Source: Candidatus Poseidoniaceae archaeon (GTDB taxonomy: Archaea; Thermoplasmatota; Poseidoniia; Poseidoniales; Poseidoniaceae). Taken from it: DNA of 32,000 nucleotides. Each line of letters opens with the position of its first letter. Positions within the stretch are counted from its first letter, which is position 1. The translations under genes and the position numbers were made by a program. Below the pieces are notes generated by a model. It saw only the letters and a list, made by a program, of their open reading frames with translations, was not told the DNA's origin and did not search any database. The stretch is taken from positions 180,001 to 212,000 of the forward strand of contig CALSTM010000002.1 of assembly GCA_943789275.1 (NCBI GenBank). The letters run 5' to 3'. Positions 19,495 to 27,571 of the stretch are shown here, piece by piece.

Positions 19495-20868
19495 TCAAAG
19501 AAGAGCGAACAGAGCAATACCGCACAAGACGCAAACTATTGGCATGATCAGCAACTCTGCAGAAGAACGAATACGGCCAAGATTTGCTAATTCTGTACCT
19601 CGTTGAATGTTGGCTTTCATGCCAGGAGTATCTTCTCCATGAACTGAAATTGTCATGTGCCCTATGGTTCCATCAATGTTTTCTGCATCCAATTCTGCTC
19701 GGTTTCGCGGTTTAACCATGCCCAACAAGTAGACTGGATTACCAATTCGAAGAGCGTAGGCTGTCCAACGGTGTTTTCGAACATCCCCATCACGGAAAAG
19801 TGTGGCTGCAAATTGAGTTTGGAAGTGGTCGCGAAGTGTATCGGCGTGGTTGGAAGTCCAACGCTTGACGTAATTACCCATTGATTTTCTTCTGAAAGAG
19901 CCAGATTCAACACGAAGGCCTCCAGTACCGTCGTGAAGCATGAATGGGACGCCCCCCTTGTCGGAACGAATCGTCCTCCAGTCGCATTCTTCCCTGGTAG
20001 TCGTGTTTCCTTCAGAATCGGTCGAGGTAACTTGACGGCAAACATAAACTTCGTATTCCCACTTAAATTCCACGCAACCAGGAATCATTCTGTTATGATT
20101 CCCATCGACAAGCACGTTAATCCACCCTTCATGAGCTGGACGAACTTGGCCGACCAATTCTGCGGAACCTACTGCAACAGAACGAACCATCGATGTTGGC
20201 GTATCAATCATCTGCTGTTGCCGCTTGTGTTGGAAGAATCCGAGAAGAAGCCAGATTGCGCCGATGATTGTAATTGCCAGGGGAGCGTACTTCATCCCCC
20301 CGTCTTCTTCGAGTAATTCACCGTTGTCAATTGCTGCTTGCTGGTCGACCATTATTGACCCGATTGACACACAAAGAAGAACGATGAACATGACCATGCA
20401 AACTCCGAATGTCGAAAGCGTAGCTGGTTGAGGTGTTCCAACCTTACTCGGGTGTTCTGGGATAGCAGTGCCATCACCGTCCGGTGCATACCTGTCCTCT
20501 TGATTCCATGTAGAGGGGCCCGGTGCAGGAAGAATCCAGTCGTTCGGGTCAGAGGTTGGAGTGTAAGAGGAACGACCGAAAAACCATGATTCAAGTTCAT
20601 ATCCCTTCTTCAAAGCAGCCGCTTCCAAATCGTCAGGCTGAGGAGCATTCTTTCGGACATTGTGCAAATCCGCTTCCAATGAAGGTGGTGAAAACAAGGC
20701 TATAGCCAAAAACCCAAACGCTGAGAGAACGCCTCCTTCCATACTGAGCGTGGCTGCACCTGCAATGACCAGAACGAAACCAATAATCCAAAAAATCCAG
20801 TTGTACCAACGATAAGGGGTCGTAAAGTGAAAAAACCCACGGTCGAGGTTGACGCTTTCAAGAGACAT
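19495..20868 (-). CDS. multi-pass membrane protein with a putative GIDE-like domain
   Basis: TM helices flank a soluble region (GSAELVGQVRP...CVEFKWEYEVYV...VPFMLHDGTGGLRVE) that resembles GIDE (PF12483) prokaryotic members as I remember them. It ends in a C-terminal TM helix. Confidence 0.55.
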   Translation of the reverse strand: MSLESVNLDRGFFHFTTPYRWYNWIFWIIGFVLVIAGAATLSMEGGVLSAFGFLAIALFSPPSLEADLHNVRKNAPQPDDLEAAALKKGYELESWFFGRSSYTPTSDPNDWILPAPGPSTWNQEDRYAPDGDGTAIPEHPSKVGTPQPATLSTFGVCMVMFIVLLCVSIGSIMVDQQAAIDNGELLEEDGGMKYAPLAITIIGAIWLLLGFFQHKRQQQMIDTPTSMVRSVAVGSAELVGQVRPAHEGWINVLVDGNHNRMIPGCVEFKWEYEVYVCRQVTSTDSEGNTTTREECDWRTIRSDKGGVPFMLHDGTGGLRVESGSFRRKSMGNYVKRWTSNHADTLRDHFQTQFAATLFRDGDVRKHRWTAYALRIGNPVYLLGMVKPRNRAELDAENIDGTIGHMTISVHGEDTPGMKANIQRGTELANLGRIRSSAELLIMPIVCVLCGIALFALL

Positions 20869-20936
20869 AACCGCTCGTGTCCGAGGGGCCGTAAAACCAT
20901 TCCGCGTTCAATTCGACTGAAAATCATGGTTCTGGT

Positions 20937-21398
20937 TCAAAAAACGCCCATCACTTTGACGAGGATTCGTTTGTCCCTGCAACCGTCAAATTCTGCATAA
21001 TGGATTTGCTCCCAAGTTCCAAGATGCAATGCACCATCTCGCACTGCCATCGTCACTTGTTGACCCAGCAATTGTCGCTTAAGGTGGGCATCACCGTTGT
21101 CTTCACCGGTGCGATGGTGATGATACTCATCTCCAGTTGCTCCATCCAGACCGTGGTATGGAGCGGTTTTTTCCAGCCATCTCATGATGTCATGATGCAA
21201 TCCCCTCTCAAGGTCATTGACATAGCAAGAGGCGGTGATGTGCATTGGATTAACCAAAACCATGCCATCTTTAATTCCACTTTCACGAACAATTCGTTGT
21301 ACTTCATTGGTGATGCAACGAATTTCGTATCTTTCGGTTGTGTTGACCCAAATTTCTTCCACGTACGTCGCTGCTTGTCCTGTGATGAGAGTACCCAT
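20937..21398 (-). CDS. YjbQ/UPF0047 family protein (secondary thiamine-phosphate synthase-like)
   Basis: ITNEVQRIV...GMVLVNPMHITASCYVNDLERGLHHD...HHHRTGEDNGDAHLKRQLLG...LGTWEQIHYAEFDG is typical of UPF0047. Confidence 0.85.
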   Translation of the reverse strand: MGTLITGQAATYVEEIWVNTTERYEIRCITNEVQRIVRESGIKDGMVLVNPMHITASCYVNDLERGLHHDIMRWLEKTAPYHGLDGATGDEYHHHRTGEDNGDAHLKRQLLGQQVTMAVRDGALHLGTWEQIHYAEFDGCRDKRILVKVMGVF

Positions 21399-21426
21399 GC
21401 TTCGTCGAACACTTGGCGGTTGTTGA

Positions 21427-22143
21427 TTATTTCAGTCCTGAGAACAGCGATGAGCGATCCAATCCAACAGAGGATGTGAGTATAGGTATCGCAGCGATGA
21501 GGCCACACACGACAGTAACGATGGCTTGTGTAACACTAAGAATCCCAAATGCCGCCGATTCATCTCCGAGCAGTTCTCCTAAGCCGCCGTCTTCACCGAG
21601 AAAGAAGGTCAAAAAGGCAAGAGCACTGGACATGAGAATACCGAGAATGATGAGCTGTACGCCCCGTCTTTGGTAGTTAATGAGCCAATATCCACCCAGT
21701 ATGGCAGTCACAGCAGAGACCATAGAACTCACTGCGTTGATCATGGGTATTCGAAGTGCTGACGCTCCTCCCTCACCGGCGAGAAGAGGTTCGAGAGGAG
21801 AGAGAACTCCAAGACCACTTACCAGACCGTAGAGAATGAACAGTATTCCAATGACCTTGGGGGTGGATGAAGGTGGTTGGAGGAGAATCGGGTATCTCAT
21901 TGCTTGGGGGTCTCCTGCGAGGTATTGTTGGCCCTGAGGGAATTGTTGTCCGTCGGAGATGAGGACTGTTTGAGGCGTTGAGTAATTTCCATCGTTCCAA
22001 GGGTCGGGCTGCATGCAGTTTTGTCCACCATAGAACATTTCAATGCTTGTACAAAGTGCTTTGAGAATGGTGGTGTTGAAGAGGGAGAACACCGTGGCAA
22101 CATCAAGGAGGGAGACGATGGCGGACATACTCGTAGTGTACAA
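21427..22143 (-). CDS. hypothetical membrane protein (Gln/Pro-rich segment followed by about 5 TM helices); start uncertain
   Basis: ORF track entry. The hydrophobic C-terminal two-thirds supports a real gene. No family recognised. The 5' end overlaps the divergent NAD kinase start. Confidence 0.5.
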   Translation of the reverse strand: MYTTSMSAIVSLLDVATVFSLFNTTILKALCTSIEMFYGGQNCMQPDPWNDGNYSTPQTVLISDGQQFPQGQQYLAGDPQAMRYPILLQPPSSTPKVIGILFILYGLVSGLGVLSPLEPLLAGEGGASALRIPMINAVSSMVSAVTAILGGYWLINYQRRGVQLIILGILMSSALAFLTFFLGEDGGLGELLGDESAAFGILSVTQAIVTVVCGLIAAIPILTSSVGLDRSSLFSGLK

Positions 22144-23011
22144 GAAAAATTTCGAGGCAGTTCACGATGCCAGCCTCGATTTCGTCACCAAGGCACTTGA
22201 GGCATCCAGTGAAAACCGAGGTGGGCTACGAATTGATGTCCGTGCACGGGAACAAGTTCGACGTGCAGACTTCATCGGTAGAGACCTCGTTATTGTTCTG
22301 GGTGGAGATGGGACACTAACCAGCATATCACACAACATTGACGCTGCGACTCCCGTCATGGGAGTGAACTCGCATCCTCGAGCAGGTGACCCTAACGGAA
22401 GTTTTGGCTTCTACATGGATTCAAACATCGACACTTTTTCTGGCGACCTTGAAACTGCGCTTGACGGTGAAGCGATCATTAACGAATTGCCACGCTTACA
22501 GGCAATCATCGACACCACTTCGGGAAATCGCTTTACAACCGACCCTGCGATGAACGACCTTTTAATCGCCAATACCCATCAATATGCTCCAAGTAAGTAC
22601 CATTTGCGACGAGGTGAAAATAAATGCCATCAACAGAGCAGTGGGTTACTTTTTTCCACATGGCTTGGCCAAGGAGCTTGGCTGAGCAACGCTGCAGGAA
22701 AAAAAGACTTAGAGCAATTGCTCGCCCGTGTAGAAGACGAACAAAAAACCACACATTACTTTGTTTTGGCACGAGACATCTCACCGCATGAACGTGAGGG
22801 GATGCCGTGGTCTTGGATGGATTGGACGGAGGAATCTACGACGATGACTTCAGATATGCACCGAGGCTATGTTGTACCCGATGGTTGGGACGAAGTACAT
22901 TTCAACCGTGGAGCATCGATTACCGTCAACGCAGAGGCCCCTAAACTCCGTTTACTCACGTTTAGAAATTCGATGAAAGACAAACTCGAAGAATTTTCCA
23001 ATAAACGGTAA
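22118..23011 (+). CDS. NAD(+) kinase family protein
   Basis: DLVIVLGGDGTLTS, INELPRL and SSGLLFSTWLGQGAWLSNAAG correspond to the NADK GGDGT, NE and STPTGSTAY motifs. ATG 22118 is preceded by AGGAGGGAG. The ORF track starts at 22043. Confidence 0.8.
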   Translation: MADILVVYKKNFEAVHDASLDFVTKALEASSENRGGLRIDVRAREQVRRADFIGRDLVIVLGGDGTLTSISHNIDAATPVMGVNSHPRAGDPNGSFGFYMDSNIDTFSGDLETALDGEAIINELPRLQAIIDTTSGNRFTTDPAMNDLLIANTHQYAPSKYHLRRGENKCHQQSSGLLFSTWLGQGAWLSNAAGKKDLEQLLARVEDEQKTTHYFVLARDISPHEREGMPWSWMDWTEESTTMTSDMHRGYVVPDGWDEVHFNRGASITVNAEAPKLRLLTFRNSMKDKLEEFSNKR

Positions 23012-23443
23012 TCAAAAGAAAATGCTCCATCCATAAAGCCAGCCAAACGGTAGGCAAAGGACGGAAGCAACAATCACTCGAAACGCCGTCTCTATACGTT
23101 CAGAATCGGGGTGACCTGGCTCTTGAATTGCGATATCCCGGTTCTTGACAAGTATAAGGAGACCGAGAAGGCTGAAAAATCCGGTCACTGCAGAAACCGT
23201 TGGTATAAAAGCAGAGCAAAGCCCACTCACAACACCGATGAAAATCCAATTCCCTGCACCGATTTCTTTGTAACTAAAATACTGAGCCGTAGATGGATCA
23301 AGCTTGCTCGAAGTCTGTATATTCGAAGTATCTTGGAGTTCGACTGGAGGTGAATAGTAGTGATTGTGGACGACATCTCCGGTGTGAAGGTCACGTGGAA
23401 CAATTTGGCCAACCAGAGATTGAGGGTGTGGGGTTGATACCAT
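23012..23443 (-). CDS. small membrane protein, paralogue B (PRDLHTGDVVHNHYYSPP motif, 3 TM helices)
   Basis: 143-aa ORF with GGTGA 4 nt upstream of its ATG. It is clearly paralogous to the adjacent 23461..23910 ORF. Confidence 0.65.
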   Translation of the reverse strand: MVSTPHPQSLVGQIVPRDLHTGDVVHNHYYSPPVELQDTSNIQTSSKLDPSTAQYFSYKEIGAGNWIFIGVVSGLCSAFIPTVSAVTGFFSLLGLLILVKNRDIAIQEPGHPDSERIETAFRVIVASVLCLPFGWLYGWSIFF

Positions 23444-23460
23444 GGACTCACCATAAAAAT

Positions 23461-23910
23461 TTATGAAAGATAGACAACCGATGCGAATAAAGCAATGAAG
23501 ATGGCAATCGAGTTAAGAACGATTGCAGGAATAATTTTTCCTGAATCTGGATGCTGCTTGTTTTTCACCTTGTGGAGGTGCGGTAACATGGAGAGAACAC
23601 CTACGCCACTCACCAAGCCGCAACAGAGACCTGCTGAAGGAATAAACGAAAAAATGATCGAGATGACCCCAAAGACGACCCAGTCAAAAGCATGGGTTTT
23701 CTTGTAAGGAATAAACACTTGCTGTGGCAGTTGAAACATCACAGGCTGCTGCGGTTGACTTGGATAGACGACCGTTTGTGGAGGCGGTTGTTGAACGACT
23801 TTAGGCGTTGGTGGAAGGTGATAGTGATTATGAATGACGTTGCCAGTGTGCATATCCCTGCCAACTACACTGTCTTGAATGGTTGGTTGAGAGCCGTCAT
23901 TGGGTTGCAT
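23461..23910 (-). CDS. small membrane protein, paralogue A (GRDMHTGNVIHNHYHLPP motif, Pro/Gln-rich linker, 3 TM helices)
   Basis: 149-aa ORF with GAGGAAGAG upstream of its ATG. It is paralogous to 23012..23443. Confidence 0.65.
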   Translation of the reverse strand: MQPNDGSQPTIQDSVVGRDMHTGNVIHNHYHLPPTPKVVQQPPPQTVVYPSQPQQPVMFQLPQQVFIPYKKTHAFDWVVFGVISIIFSFIPSAGLCCGLVSGVGVLSMLPHLHKVKNKQHPDSGKIIPAIVLNSIAIFIALFASVVYLS

Positions 23911-23989
23911 TGCTCTTCCTCAAGGAGTTGCAACATGCTGCAACTCTTAATCATACCCAACGGTGTAAAAAGTAAAGCGCATAGCGCGT

Positions 23990-24034
23990 AAAAAAAGGGT
24001 GGAGACTGGAGTTCGACAAAGAACTCCAGCCTCC
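23990..24034 (-). terminator. 16S rRNA transcript terminator: 14-bp hairpin followed by ACCC and U7
   Basis: Minus-strand RNA reads GGAGGCUGGAGUUC-UUUGUC-GAACUCCAGUCUCC (24034..24001), then ACCC and U7 (23996..23990). The single non-Watson-Crick pair is G-U on the minus transcript but A-C on the plus strand, which supports minus-strand function. Confidence 0.6.
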
Positions 24035-24043
24035 GGTTTTCTT

Positions 24044-25507
<1,464 letters not shown>

Positions 25508-25913
25508 TTCTCTTGTTATGATCCTTAGGCTACTTGTCGCAAATTCATTTATTGAAATTGAATTACTGTCCTAAAAAAATTGGCGAGAGTATAATGCACT
25601 AATGCTTCTTACACAAAAATACGTCATAATCTCGATCACCTACCTGACCTCGAGCGATCTTCCGTGGGGGGAAGGTTTCTCGAGATCGCAATAGCTTCGG
25701 CTTCACGTGTCAAGAGGATGGCGACGGTCATTGTCCGAGGACTCAGCCGCCAACGCCGTTCTCGACAACGCAAGCATCCTTGCCACTTACCTCCCCTATA
25801 TCAAAGTAACCTCTAACCATAGGTGTAAAAAATGGCGGACTGCGCCTCAATTCCCACACAGAATCCCCCTATTCAGTCGAAATCATTACCGTTTGGTAAA
25901 AAAGTGGTAAGAG

Positions 25914-27077
25914 TTATTCAATATCATAGAGGTGAATGTTATCCATGTCGTACCAGACATTAACCCCAACGCCAGAGTAACCATCGTACCATCCTGTTGC
26001 TTCAGCAAACTGAAAGGTCATGCCAGACTTTGATTCATCATCAAGCTGAACGCCTTCACCTTCTGTGGCATTGGGGATGTAAATCGCAGGCATCGCATGT
26101 CCACCCCAATCTTCGTTTTCATTGGGCTTGACCAACAACAGAATAAGAAGGGCATCATAACCGATGGATTCCATGAGGGAAACGTAGAGTGAGGCTGCAT
26201 CTTCGCAGTCACCAGCGTGCTCCCACAACATCTCAATAGGGTATTTTGGATATTCATTCACACCCATTCCATCGATGTCAAACTGATAGGGAATCCCACC
26301 AACAAAGGCAAGAATGAAATTGGCAATTTCCAGTTCCGAAGTGTAGCCATTTTCGATGGCCAAATCTCTCAAGAGAGTAGCAAGTTCTACAACATAATCT
26401 ACGTGTGGAGTAACAAACCTTTGGTAATCGTTCCAAGATGCGGTTGAATGGTCAAGAAGTTTGTAACTCCTGTACAAGGAATAGTCATAATTCAGATTCA
26501 ACGAATATGTTTGGTAGTCAAAAACCCAAACAAAATTAGGATTATTCATCACTCGTAGATCTTGGAACATATATGAAAATTCAAGCGTTCCATCGTATCC
26601 CTCGTTGTCACCGATTCCCGTCACTGTCAACTCTTTTACATCGGCGACAACTGCAATACTGCTGTCGATAACAAATGAGTATGCCTCTACATCATCGTCA
26701 ATATTGATGTCAACAGGGTCATCGAGGAACGAATCTGAATCCCACACGAGAATCTCAATCTCGTGGAGCGATGTGTGTTCGGGTAAATCATAAAAGAATT
26801 CGAAATCCAAGGTGATCTCGGTTTCCACCGTCATGGTAAGATAATTCTCGGTACCGGTCGTTGGTGAACATCCAATGTTAACATCACTGACTTCTACGCA
26901 AAAGTAAATTTCCGAATAGGCGTCAAAAAGGTCCATTGAGTCATGGAGCGTGAACGTGTGAAGAGAAAGTGAGAGGGCTGAGTCGGAGTAATCATTGACA
27001 TCGATGGTGTCAACAACTCCGTCATCATCATCGTCTATGTCGATGGTATTGCATTCACCATCACCATCCGAATCCAA
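25914..27077 (-). CDS. C-terminal fragment of a surface protein: Asp-rich calcium-binding repeats, a central domain and a transglutaminase-like cysteine-protease domain
   Basis: WEHAGDCEDAASLYVSLMESIGYDA...GGHAMPAI fits a transglutaminase-like Cys/His core. The ORF-track start is a TTG and there is no signal peptide. The frame is open upstream to 27092. Confidence 0.7.
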   Translation of the reverse strand: MDSDGDGECNTIDIDDDDDGVVDTIDVNDYSDSALSLSLHTFTLHDSMDLFDAYSEIYFCVEVSDVNIGCSPTTGTENYLTMTVETEITLDFEFFYDLPEHTSLHEIEILVWDSDSFLDDPVDINIDDDVEAYSFVIDSSIAVVADVKELTVTGIGDNEGYDGTLEFSYMFQDLRVMNNPNFVWVFDYQTYSLNLNYDYSLYRSYKLLDHSTASWNDYQRFVTPHVDYVVELATLLRDLAIENGYTSELEIANFILAFVGGIPYQFDIDGMGVNEYPKYPIEMLWEHAGDCEDAASLYVSLMESIGYDALLILLLVKPNENEDWGGHAMPAIYIPNATEGEGVQLDDESKSGMTFQFAEATGWYDGYSGVGVNVWYDMDNIHLYDIE

Positions 27078-27268
27078 TGGGAATCCGTATAATCAAGATG
27101 GTCAGTATGAGGTAGACAGCGTTCCATTTCATCGAAATCTGAGTACCCATCGCCGTCATCATCAAGGTCTGCATTATCCCCTTTACCGTCGTAATCGGTG
27201 TCTTTCCATTCGGCCGCATCACCAGGGAAGGTATCGTTCGGATCCAAGATTCCATCGCCATCAGAATC
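26987..27268 (-). repeat. array of five DxDxDG-type (thrombospondin type-3-like) calcium-binding repeats, running across the junction of the two ORFs
   Basis: DSDGDGILDPND, DTDYDGKGDNAD and DDDGDGYSDFDE lie in the upstream ORF. DSDGDGECNTID and DDDDDGVVDTID lie in the downstream ORF. Confidence 0.7.
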
Positions 27269-27499
27269 CAAGGTGACAGCAACTGTTTCCGTCGGCATTA
27301 GCGTCACAAAAAGAAGCCCCAAAGCAACAAAAACAACGACGGTGAGGCCTGCGATGATACCAAGTGAAACCTCTTTCGAAGGCAACTCAAAGACAACCTG
27401 CCGTGGAGGTGACTGTTGGGAGACTTGGGCCTTTTCCCAAAGAGATTGAGGCTGTTGGCCAGTCATGGTATCAATCAAGCACTGAACACTATAAATCAT
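27035..27499 (-). CDS. N-terminal fragment of the same surface protein: signal-anchor TM helix plus calcium-binding repeats
   Basis: TM helix LGIIAGLTVVVFVALGLLFVTLM, then Asp-rich repeats. It ends at a TAG after 43 nt of overlap with the downstream ORF, which is in the -1 frame. Confidence 0.65.
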   Translation of the reverse strand: MIYSVQCLIDTMTGQQPQSLWEKAQVSQQSPPRQVVFELPSKEVSLGIIAGLTVVVFVALGLLFVTLMPTETVAVTLDSDGDGILDPNDTFPGDAAEWKDTDYDGKGDNADLDDDGDGYSDFDEMERCLPHTDHLDYTDSHWIRMVMVNAIPST

Positions 27500-27520
27500 A
27501 CACCGGACAAATCAGTACGG

Positions 27521-27528
27521 GATAATTT
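27521..27528 (-). promoter_or_regulatory. TATA-like element (AAATTATC on minus strand) about 26 nt upstream of ATG 27499
   Basis: Read directly from the 72-nt secY-downstream spacer. No SD motif lies before the ATG. Confidence 0.4.
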
Positions 27529-27571
27529 GTGTACCTCATGTCGCTGAAAGCGAATGAAGGTGGAATGAAAC

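Noticed and set aside
23461-23910. Resemblance of paralogue A (D-W-V-V-F...GLCCG...) to CD225/IFITM-type dispanins
   Set aside because: It rests only on a CC-G pattern within a hydrophobic stretch and a Pro-rich N-terminus. Paralogue B lacks the CC pair. This is too weak to claim without a profile search.
25570-25586. Possible 10-11-bp leader-trailer helix (leader UUUUUUUAGG pairing with CCUAAGAAAA at the 16S 3' end) as an rRNA processing stem
   Set aside because: The pairing is mostly between a low-complexity A-run and T-run. No bulge-helix-bulge motif is visible. If the CATTATAC element is the promoter, the T7 tract would not be transcribed at all. If it were transcribed, a U7 in the leader would itself be a termination signal.
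25707-25910. 67-aa plus-strand ORF in the spacer upstream of the 16S gene
   Set aside because: It has no SD motif or TATA box and no recognisable motif. The region is better explained as the terminator of the upstream gene plus the promoter and leader of the 16S gene on the opposite strand.
25914-27499. Lower G+C in the surface-protein gene as evidence of horizontal acquisition or a genomic island
   Set aside because: I hand-counted a few 60-nt lines here and got 28-52% G+C. Lines elsewhere, such as in secY, reached about 43%, so the ranges overlap. The contrast is not convincing without a proper sliding-window calculation and codon-usage test.
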